Positions 9,841 to 17,263 of a stretch of 32,000 nucleotides of DNA are shown here, piece by piece (positions within the stretch are counted from its first letter, which is position 1; each line of letters starts with the position of its first letter). A program made the translations under genes and the position numbers. Origin of the DNA: Ignicoccus pacificus DSM 13166 (GTDB lineage: Archaea; Thermoproteota; Thermoprotei_A; Sulfolobales; Ignicoccaceae); assembly GCA_025340205.1 (NCBI GenBank), contig CP006868.1:720001-752000 (forward strand), read 5' to 3'. The notes beneath the pieces were generated by a model. That model was not told the DNA's origin and ran no database searches. It saw only the letters and a list, made by a program, of their open reading frames with translations.

Positions 9841-9850
9841 AATTTAATAA
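9841..9850 (-). promoter_or_regulatory. TATA-like box (TTATTAAATT) for tRNA-Ser, and probably for the downstream rad50
   Basis: An AT-rich box lies 20-29 nt upstream of the tRNA 5' end on the minus strand. No other TATA-capable sequence lies between the tRNA and rad50. Confidence 0.45.
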
Positions 9851-9870
9851 ACTTAGAGCACAATTTTTGT

Positions 9871-10695
9871 TCACAAAGGATTCTTGGATGCGTACTCGAA
9901 CGCTGTCATCTTGGTTATCTTGGGCATCGGAGGAGGTAGCAACTTATGCCTATTGGTTCTCATAAGTTCCAATACTCTCATTACCTCTTTTTCCGAAGCA
10001 ATTCCTTTCTCTACTATCTCGCTGGGCCTAAGTCCCTCTTCTACTAAGGCGTAAAGTATCGAATCCGCTTTTTCATAAGTTATACCAAGCTCGCTCTCGG
10101 CTAACTGACCAGGCCAGAGTCGGGGAGAAGATGGTTTCTTGGCTATCTTCTCAGGTACTCCCACTTCGAGTGCTAACTGCCTTACCCAAGTCTTGTAGAG
10201 ATCCCCTATAGGGAGCAGATCTACGCCTCCATCACCGTATTTTGTAAAGTACCCCAACAATAGCTCACTCTTATCTCCGGTCCCAACGACGAGACCGTCA
10301 TCATATGCTCTGGCATATAACATACTCATCCTTATTCTAGCCATGGTGTTTCCTCTAGCTACTTTATTCATGGGTCCAAGCAACTTCTCAAAGGCCTCGA
10401 GCACGGGATCTATTACTATTAGCTCCCACTTATTAACTCCAAACTCCCTTATAACCATCTTCGCGTCTTCTACATCCTCTGATGGCGTCGCCTTAGAGGG
10501 TAGGATCAGAGCTCTCACGTTCTCCGGACCTAAAGCTTCAACTGTTAGAGCTAGGGTAGTGGCGGAGTCGACACCTCCGCTTACGCCTATTACTGCCGTT
10601 CCCCTCCCAGCCTTCTCAAATTCCTTTTTGATGAAGTTTACTATTTTCCTCCTCGCCTCTTGCGTATCAAGCGGGGGAAGCATGACCATCCCCAA
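9871..10695 (-). CDS. nadE: NH3-dependent NAD+ synthetase
   Basis: PP-loop motif GVSGGVDSA, plus GTGDKSELLLGYFTKYGDGG, which is characteristic of NadE. Confidence 0.9.
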   Translation of the reverse strand: MGMVMLPPLDTQEARRKIVNFIKKEFEKAGRGTAVIGVSGGVDSATTLALTVEALGPENVRALILPSKATPSEDVEDAKMVIREFGVNKWELIVIDPVLEAFEKLLGPMNKVARGNTMARIRMSMLYARAYDDGLVVGTGDKSELLLGYFTKYGDGGVDLLPIGDLYKTWVRQLALEVGVPEKIAKKPSSPRLWPGQLAESELGITYEKADSILYALVEEGLRPSEIVEKGIASEKEVMRVLELMRTNRHKLLPPPMPKITKMTAFEYASKNPL

Positions 10696-10747
10696 AAGTT
10701 GATGTTCGTAGGGGTGTATAAGTTATCTATACATCTTTCTATTCTGT

Positions 10748-12712
10748 TTATCCCCATCTTCCGATTCTATACTCCTCTATCAGTTTCTCAATATCGTCTT
10801 CTGTAAGTTCTCGTTCCTCTTTGATCTTCTCTCTCATCTCCTCCCATTCGTCTAATATTTCCCGCTCGAACACCGCTGCAGAACCGAGCTCCAGTACTGG
10901 TTTCTTCGTCAATACTGGTATATCATATTTCTTTAATTCCTCGATAATTTTAACGTTATATTCTTTAGCAATTAGAACTATCTCTTGTTCCGACAAATAT
11001 TCCTTCATTCTCTCATTCAAGTCTTCCAAATATTTGACGTAGATTACGTGATGATTCTCTGGGTTCTTACTCTCTAGTTCCTCAAGATCCATATTGAAGG
11101 TCATCTTATCGATAACCACTGCCGGTATGTAATCGCCTTTCGAGAGTCCCATTATCACCTCAGCTACTTTCGAGAGCAACTCATTCCTATCTTCTAGTTC
11201 GTTTCGACATATCTCGAGTTTTTCGGTTACACTCCTTAGAGTTCTCTTAAGGTTATCTATTTCACCCTCGTATAGCAACTTCGCCTCTGATTTCAATATT
11301 TTCATTTCTACCTCCAAAGTCTTTATCTTCTCCTTTAGTTCTTCATTCTCTAACCTTAAGCTGGCGTTCTCTGCTTCTATTATCCTGATCCTCTCGGCTA
11401 GGTGTTCCATTGAGGGTTGTTGATCTTTGATTTTCCTACTTTCATCTACTATGCTTTGAGCTATTGTCTGTTGATTACTAATTATTTTGTCCAGTTCCTC
11501 TTCGATCACCTCCGCTAACGGTCTTCCCTTTATTACCTCTGCTTTTACTCTTTCTCTATTCATTTCTAGATCTATTCTGTCAAGATAGCTGTCTATCTGT
11601 CTTAGTTGATCTTGAATAGCTTGGTAAGCCTTGTACGCTGCAGCGAGAGCATCTCTTTGATGAGAATCTTCTACCTTTACTCCTTGTTCGTTCTCAATTA
11701 AGGAAGCTATCCTTTCTTTCTCCTTAATACTCATGCTTGTTCTCGGTACATATAGCATGGCATGATGATGCGCAGCTAGCTTCTTCACACTGTGAGGAGG
11801 GGGATTAGTATCACTTGCCACTATCAAAGGTATTCCGAACTTACTTATCAACGAAATAACGTCACCGCGATCGAGCTCTTTAGAACTGGTCAGAAGTAGC
11901 ACATTACCATCTAAATCCAATATAGCAAGTCCGCTTTCTATACCCGGATCATACCCCACTATCAAATACTTCGAGCCTTCAACCTCCTCAAGGAAATCTA
12001 TCTTCCTGGCCACCACGGGCCTGATCATGACCCTAACTGCTGAGGTTTCGACGGGCTTCACCACACCTTGCAACTTACTTCGAGGAGCATAGACTGTGAA
12101 TATCGCTTTCTCTATTGCACCATCACTCTTATCGATTATTACATCATAGTCTAAGCCAGCTTTGTCTAAGGATTGCTTTATCTCCGCTATGGTTTCTGAA
12201 ACAGCATTCCTCACCGCTCTTTTGAATCTGTCCATACTGCTTCCTCCCGCCCTTGGCGTCCTCCCCTTGGTCACGATGATCTTGGTTTTCTCCTCAAAGG
12301 TCTTGAGTTTGGAACCTATGCCCCTCTGCGCCAGTAACGCCGCTAAGTACGCTGTATCAAGAGGGCCAAGTTTACGAGGAGGAACTTCTATTCCTATGGT
12401 AGATGCTAGTTTCTTTATATCAACAAAGATGTTGTTTGGTAATCTGGTAACTTGGACTATTTCGGTTTCAGGGGGGAACAGACTCAATACCTTGATCAGC
12501 TCTTCCTTATCACTTCCTAGTTCCATGACGTTATCCAAAGCCAACGTCTGAGGCTTATACTCCCAGAGATACCGGAGAAGCTTTTTGAAAGGAACGTTTT
12601 GTTTTGATATTATCAAGTTTCCGTTACAGTCGATAATGACCAGGGAGTATCTTCCCCTAATACCAGGAGGCGAACCCGGTTCGAGGTCAACTCCCGCTAT
12701 CGGACACTTCAC
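10748..12712 (-). CDS. conserved archaeal DUF460/COG2433-type protein (two RNase H/RuvC-like segments plus a long coiled coil), function unknown
   Basis: 654 aa. RuvC/YqgF-like strands are IAGVDLEPG..YSLVIID and IVGYDPGIESGLAILDLDGN, followed by a central E/K-rich coiled coil. Its start overlaps the rio2 stop by 26 nt. Family assignment is from memory. Confidence 0.7.
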   Translation of the reverse strand: MKCPIAGVDLEPGSPPGIRGRYSLVIIDCNGNLIISKQNVPFKKLLRYLWEYKPQTLALDNVMELGSDKEELIKVLSLFPPETEIVQVTRLPNNIFVDIKKLASTIGIEVPPRKLGPLDTAYLAALLAQRGIGSKLKTFEEKTKIIVTKGRTPRAGGSSMDRFKRAVRNAVSETIAEIKQSLDKAGLDYDVIIDKSDGAIEKAIFTVYAPRSKLQGVVKPVETSAVRVMIRPVVARKIDFLEEVEGSKYLIVGYDPGIESGLAILDLDGNVLLLTSSKELDRGDVISLISKFGIPLIVASDTNPPPHSVKKLAAHHHAMLYVPRTSMSIKEKERIASLIENEQGVKVEDSHQRDALAAAYKAYQAIQDQLRQIDSYLDRIDLEMNRERVKAEVIKGRPLAEVIEEELDKIISNQQTIAQSIVDESRKIKDQQPSMEHLAERIRIIEAENASLRLENEELKEKIKTLEVEMKILKSEAKLLYEGEIDNLKRTLRSVTEKLEICRNELEDRNELLSKVAEVIMGLSKGDYIPAVVIDKMTFNMDLEELESKNPENHHVIYVKYLEDLNERMKEYLSEQEIVLIAKEYNVKIIEELKKYDIPVLTKKPVLELGSAAVFEREILDEWEEMREKIKEERELTEDDIEKLIEEYRIGRWG

Positions 12713-13577
12713 CTTTTATCGCCCTGAGGACTTCCTCGGTTTCCGCAGGAACACCATAAACTTTCTTAAAAAATCTTACAACGTATTCCACGTCACGTCT
12801 TAAGAGTTTCTCTGCAGATGGATGGTCTTTTTCCACATATTGTGGCCAATCGATTACATAGGCCTCGGAGGTCTCGGGTATTACAATGATATTGTACTCG
12901 CTGAGATCACCGTGGACTATACCTACATCATTGTAAGCTTTAGCTATTGTCTCAATGACATCCCCAAAAGCCTTTAGGGGATCGTTGAGGGCTGGCTTCT
13001 CGCTGAGCTCCACCGCTCCTTCTATGAGTTCCGTAACGACCACATGTCTACTCCTATCTATTGGTTTCGGGACCTTAGCTCCTACCTCATAGAGTTCTCT
13101 TAGCGCAGCGAATTCCCTTTGAGCTGAGACTTTTGATTGAAGTAGCCAAGAATCTTCTACCTTATACGTTCTATGTCGAACCACATGTCGAAAGCTCGTC
13201 CGACCTACTCTATGGAACTTTACCGCAAGCTTCTTGCCACCCGGAGCTATACCTAAGTAGACATCACTCTCCTTACCTACTCCGAGTTTATCGCCTAAGG
13301 CTTCGATAACTCCTCTTTTCATCAAACTCAAAACGGCTAAGACGTCATATGCCAAAATAGTTAACCTATATCCTAACGTCGCAGCTGATTGTCTCCGTAT
13401 TAATTTTAGAGAGTTGAGTTTATAGAGACTCCTCTCTAACCTATGAGGAGGTAATCGGGTCGTCCTTTCTAGAACCTCTATTGGCACGAACTCATATTGT
13501 TTGAGGTATTTCTCAATAGCTTGAAGAACCCTTATGTCGTCTGGCGTAAGCACCTTGAGTGCTTCATGGATGTTCAA
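12687..13577 (-). CDS. rio2: RIO-type serine/threonine protein kinase Rio2
   Basis: An N-terminal winged-helix region (LTPDDIRVLQAIEKY...LNSLKLIRR) precedes a RIO kinase core with GKESDVY, HGDLSEYNI and IDWPQ. Confidence 0.85.
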   Translation of the reverse strand: MNIHEALKVLTPDDIRVLQAIEKYLKQYEFVPIEVLERTTRLPPHRLERSLYKLNSLKLIRRQSAATLGYRLTILAYDVLAVLSLMKRGVIEALGDKLGVGKESDVYLGIAPGGKKLAVKFHRVGRTSFRHVVRHRTYKVEDSWLLQSKVSAQREFAALRELYEVGAKVPKPIDRSRHVVVTELIEGAVELSEKPALNDPLKAFGDVIETIAKAYNDVGIVHGDLSEYNIIVIPETSEAYVIDWPQYVEKDHPSAEKLLRRDVEYVVRFFKKVYGVPAETEEVLRAIKGEVSDSGS

Positions 13578-14455
13578 TCTTCATGACCCTTCTTGAGGAG
13601 CTCCATGAAGGTCTCTAAATCCTCTGCTAGCACCACTTCACTGCTCTCGAGCTCCTTTGGAACGTCTTCGAAACCTATAGCGGCGGCCTTCTTGTCAATC
13701 ATCCTCGTTAACTCGGCAAACCATTCCAAGTCCTCGTCGCCATGGGGTAGCACCGCAACGAAACGCTCACTCATTATTTCCCCTCCGACGTGTACGTTGC
13801 CCCTTGGTACATGTATACTCTCCTTACTTCTCTCAAGCATCTCTGCTTCTAGAGGACTATGGGGTTCGGCATCTACGACCACGCCTTCAAATTCGCCTAG
13901 ATCCACCGTCTCCAGTACATCTTCTCCATAAAGTTCCACGAGCTTGGCAGCTATCTCTACGCTCACCCTGCTTCCTTTCGTCTCATAGTCATATACGGAC
14001 TTCTTACTAACGCCTAGGTAATTAGCCAAAGCCCCTATACTCATACCGCTTCTAAGCCTCGCTTCTCTAAGTTTTCTGGGGTTCACCTTAACGACGAACC
14101 CGGATCTTATCTTTCTTATGAATATCTTTTCTCCTCTAATTATCTTTATCAAAGTCTCAGGAGACACGACGGGAGTTCCGTGGCGCTCATAGACCACATC
14201 CTCTATCAGTTCCTCGGAGCTCAGCCTCTCACTCACTATCAGCGGTTTTCCTCCGATACACTTAGCTAACATGTTCAATATTCCTACTTTCTCTCGCTTC
14301 AACCTAGAAGCGTTTGATTCTATAAGTAACGTGAGAACGCCGCCTTCGGTCCTCACTATAGCGTCGCTTGCTCTTCCATTCAGAACAACATCTGCTTCTC
14401 CACCTATCATTTCTAAAACATCGTTAGTGAACATCTGCTTTCTCAAGGATCCCAC
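13574..14455 (-). CDS. putative HTH (cro/C1-type) transcriptional regulator, archaeal COG1395-like
   Basis: Central HTH LRSGMSIGALANYLGVSKKSVYDYETKGSRVSVEIAAKLVELYG. The size (about 290 aa) and architecture fit the conserved archaeal family. ATGA overlap with rio2. Confidence 0.7.
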   Translation of the reverse strand: MGSLRKQMFTNDVLEMIGGEADVVLNGRASDAIVRTEGGVLTLLIESNASRLKREKVGILNMLAKCIGGKPLIVSERLSSEELIEDVVYERHGTPVVSPETLIKIIRGEKIFIRKIRSGFVVKVNPRKLREARLRSGMSIGALANYLGVSKKSVYDYETKGSRVSVEIAAKLVELYGEDVLETVDLGEFEGVVVDAEPHSPLEAEMLERSKESIHVPRGNVHVGGEIMSERFVAVLPHGDEDLEWFAELTRMIDKKAAAIGFEDVPKELESSEVVLAEDLETFMELLKKGHED

Positions 14456-14461
14456 CTCCCC

Positions 14462-14893
14462 TTACTTGATTATTTCGCCCACGTCGACGGCGAATATTAC
14501 AAACACCAAGGATCCATACTCCATTATTAATCTTTCTAGGTGCTGGAATTTAAGTTTATCATCCTTATCCATTCCTAGAACGTACCTTAACGCTTCCTGT
14601 TGCCACTCGTCACCGGTAACACTGAAGGTTTCGCTCTCGGGGTTGAATGATATTATTATTGGAACCTTTACTATCCAACGCATCCAATTGGGTAGCTTTT
14701 CATAAAATTTCTGAACCTCGTCTGGATCCATATAATGGGTACTCCCATCACGAAGTTCTACTATTAGATCACCTTCGAGGGCCTTCTTCAATGTAATTTG
14801 CGTCTTGGGGATAGCTTGGTTTATCAACGCTATGTCATTAATCACTACCTTTAGTAGGCGTCCTTCAGCGTTCCCTCGATCTCCCTCATACAT
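14462..14893 (-). CDS. UPF0216 (DUF61)-like small archaeal protein
   Basis: 143 aa. The pattern IN..IPK...TLK.AL......VELRDGS.H.MDPDEV..FYEKLP......VKVPIII matches my recollection of UPF0216 proteins. First gene of the minus-strand operon. Confidence 0.5.
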   Translation of the reverse strand: MYEGDRGNAEGRLLKVVINDIALINQAIPKTQITLKKALEGDLIVELRDGSTHYMDPDEVQKFYEKLPNWMRWIVKVPIIISFNPESETFSVTGDEWQQEALRYVLGMDKDDKLKFQHLERLIMEYGSLVFVIFAVDVGEIIK

Positions 14894-14932
14894 TATACTG
14901 CCCCTTCTGGTAAGCTTTTCAAAACTTCTATA

Positions 14933-15289
14933 TTAGTCTGAGCTACCTAGAGCCTCTTCTATCTCCTCTTCGCTTATGTCTATCTCATCGATATCTAATT
15001 CGATTACTTCTCCCTCTTCCTTCTGGGGTTCTGTCGTACTTTCCATCTTCTTTTTCTTCTTTCCGACTTCCATCTCAACCTCTCCACCACCTACCTTTAA
15101 CTTACTGACGACGCCTCTCCACTTATGACCGCAGTTAGGACATTGGAAAGATCCCATCACCGTTATGGTTACCCTACCCTTAGAATCCGGCATTGGTGAT
15201 ACCAATTGCCACGTCTTCACCGGCTCCGTCACTCTAGTTCCGCACTTGGGACAAACGAAGGGGTCCTTCTGCCTCTTCTTACGTACCAT
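14933..15289 (-). CDS. small Zn-ribbon protein with a Lys-rich linker and an acidic C-terminal tail (118 aa)
   Basis: I chose ATG 15289 (MVRKKRQKDPFVCPKCG...CPNCGHKW) over the track's 15520 start. The longer form would overlap the divergent herA-like start and adds a low-quality N-terminus. Two CxxC pairs form a ribbon. Confidence 0.6.
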   Translation of the reverse strand: MVRKKRQKDPFVCPKCGTRVTEPVKTWQLVSPMPDSKGRVTITVMGSFQCPNCGHKWRGVVSKLKVGGGEVEMEVGKKKKKMESTTEPQKEEGEVIELDIDEIDISEEEIEEALGSSD

Positions 15290-15415
15290 GAACCTCGCCT
15301 CCCAAACCCGCTCGTCTGAAGATAAAATTATGTTTTGTAGTATTAGGGTATTACTTTCAGTACGCTCTCTGTATATGTAAATGGGTTTTAACTTGATTGA
15401 TCTTGGAGGAGACAT

Positions 15416-17260
15416 TTGGAAGACGTGGCGGGAAGGGTAATTGAAATCGACAGCTTGGATGAGTATACTATGGTATTGAACACAGGCGTGAGGATTCGTA
15501 AATACGATTACGTATATCATATTACCAATGGAAACAAAGTGATAGGGTATGTAGAAGACATACTTTCGAGACCGCTCCTCCCTTCCGAGCTTCCATGGAG
15601 CATTGCCTCCAAGGTTCCTATTGATGAATCTACTTCCGTCTCAATAGCCAAAGTAAGAGTGCTCGAGGGGGATGTTCCTAGTATCGGCGATTGGGTCTAT
15701 AGGGCCAGCGATGTCGATGTCGAACACTTGTACTCTGTCCCTCCACATAGAAGATTGCAGATAGGATTCCTTTCCTCTAGACCTTCGGTCAAGGTGAGCT
15801 TGGATATAAACGCCTTAACGAGACACCTCGCGATAATAGCAGCTACCGGCTCCGGGAAAACATGGACTACCGTAGTACTTATAGAAGAGCTATTGAAAAA
15901 GGGAGCAACGGTCTTAGTTCTGGATCCTCATGGGGAATATACGAAGCTTAAGAAAAAAGTAAGAGAGCTAGATGCAGACGCCATAGTGTTAAAAGCACAT
16001 AGCGAACAAGAAGGAGATCTCTCCTATACTATAGATGTGACCAACGTTGACAGCGACGAATTAGCGTTTGTTATGGGAATACCTAAGAATGCTAGCCGCA
16101 TAAGGTCTCTATTATCTACATCTAGAAGCATTGCATGGGATATCTACAATAGCACGGGGAGAAGGGATTGGATGAGTCTCGCCGGTCTCAGAAGGATTCT
16201 AAGCTATCTGGCAGAAGCCTCGGAGGTCTCAAGCTCCTACCAGCAGTTCGAGGCTATAGCTAAGTCTAAGTCGTTAAAGGTAAACAACAATCTTTTGAAA
16301 AGGGCTTGGAACGTTCTTAGGAGGAACGCCGACCCGGCATATGACTTGCTAAAGTACGTGGATGAGCTGGACAGATTGGGTATATACACGACGAGACCCA
16401 CTCCCCTCGGTGCATTCTTAAGACCGAAGACGGTTACCGTCTTCAATCTAAGTGGCATAAGGGCCGAAGTCCAAACACATCTAGTCTATGACATTCTCAA
16501 AAGAACCTTCAACGCTAGAGTGAGGTACCTGAGAGACCTCAAAGGGGAAAAGTACCCTTATCCCGTTGAAGTGGTGGTAGAAGAGGCCCATCGCTTCGCT
16601 CCTCCTCCTTCAGAAGGGTCCCCTTGGACCGTTAGTATGTTAAAGAGAATAGCCTCTGAGGGAAGGAAGTTCGGCGTATTCCTTACCGTGATTACGCAGA
16701 GACCCAGCAGGGTGGATTCAACTGTCCTTAGTCAATGTCAATCGCAGATAATCTTGAGGATAGTGAATCCTAGAGATCAACAGGCTGTTTTGGAGGCCTC
16801 GGAAGAGCTAGGGTCTTCCCTAGCCAAGGACCTACCTTCCCTAAAGCCCGGAGAGGCATTAGTAGTAGGACCAGTGATTAAGTACCCAGCCTTGATTAAA
16901 ATAAGAGATAGGGTATTGGACTACGGAGGCGGAGACTTAGATCTGAGCTTAGAGTGGAGCAAGGCCTTGCTCGTTTCTGAGGAAATGAGGGAGTACGAAA
17001 AGCTACTTGAGAGTTTGAACCTGGAATCTATAGCGAGCGAGTTTGATATAGACATAAGCTCTGATACGTTGGAGAGATCAAAATCAATACTCATTAGCGA
17101 AAAGAGGTTCATTGAAGTTAATCCATCCTTAAAAGTTTACTTTGAGAACTGCTCAGTAGATATCGACAGAGGAGAGCACAATTGTCCAGACGATGCCTAC
17201 GTATTGGCAGCGCTACTCGAACTGAAACGCAGAGGTCTGCTAACATTCCAAAACTCTTAA
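15416..17260 (+). CDS. herA: HerA-family (FtsK-HerA superfamily, DUF87) hexameric ATPase/helicase with a C-terminal extension of roughly 90 aa
   Basis: N-terminal HAS-barrel-like region. Walker A context is LTRHLAIIAATGSGKT and Walker B is VVVEEAH. IASEGRKFGVFLTVITQRPSRVD and ILRIVNPRDQ..GEALVVGPVIKYPALIKI closely parallel Sulfolobus HerA as I recall it. Confidence 0.8.
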   Translation: MEDVAGRVIEIDSLDEYTMVLNTGVRIRKYDYVYHITNGNKVIGYVEDILSRPLLPSELPWSIASKVPIDESTSVSIAKVRVLEGDVPSIGDWVYRASDVDVEHLYSVPPHRRLQIGFLSSRPSVKVSLDINALTRHLAIIAATGSGKTWTTVVLIEELLKKGATVLVLDPHGEYTKLKKKVRELDADAIVLKAHSEQEGDLSYTIDVTNVDSDELAFVMGIPKNASRIRSLLSTSRSIAWDIYNSTGRRDWMSLAGLRRILSYLAEASEVSSSYQQFEAIAKSKSLKVNNNLLKRAWNVLRRNADPAYDLLKYVDELDRLGIYTTRPTPLGAFLRPKTVTVFNLSGIRAEVQTHLVYDILKRTFNARVRYLRDLKGEKYPYPVEVVVEEAHRFAPPPSEGSPWTVSMLKRIASEGRKFGVFLTVITQRPSRVDSTVLSQCQSQIILRIVNPRDQQAVLEASEELGSSLAKDLPSLKPGEALVVGPVIKYPALIKIRDRVLDYGGGDLDLSLEWSKALLVSEEMREYEKLLESLNLESIASEFDIDISSDTLERSKSILISEKRFIEVNPSLKVYFENCSVDIDRGEHNCPDDAYVLAALLELKRRGLLTFQNS

Positions 17261-17263
17261 AGT

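Noticed and set aside
7211-9847. Five plus-strand ORFs of 80-184 aa (7211, 7490, 7901, 8159, 9293) inside and antisense to rad50, rich in Ser/Leu/Ile/Phe.
   Set aside because: They are the expected antisense shadow of a K/E-rich coiled-coil gene, since AAG/GAA codons read as CTT/TTC on the other strand. They are low complexity, have no motifs, and are wholly nested in a strongly supported CDS. The same logic applies to 2289-2693 and 2924-3464 (antisense to carB/carA), 10343-10702, 10821-11042, 12162-12551, 13593-14010, 14271-14705, 16237-16458, 16921-17318, 17848-18405, 20347-20574, 20925-21134, 21447-21668, 22473-22691, 24368-24580, 26314-26583, 26929-27234, 27821-28006, 28169-28505, 29174-29596, 30934-31230 and 31317-31520.
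9733-9939. ORFs 9733-9939 (+) and 19421-19645 (-) with Gly/Pro/Arg-rich products.
   Set aside because: They are translations across GC-rich, stop-poor tRNA genes (tRNA-Ser and tRNA-Ala) and their flanks. They are not genes.
15290-15520. Long-form starts for three ORFs: Zn-ribbon protein (15520), nucleotidyltransferase (20732) and pyrG (28221).
   Set aside because: Each extension overlaps a divergent neighbour or the intergenic promoter region, and adds sequence that does not match the family N-terminus. Internal starts at 15289, 20552 and 28266 give canonical N-termini.
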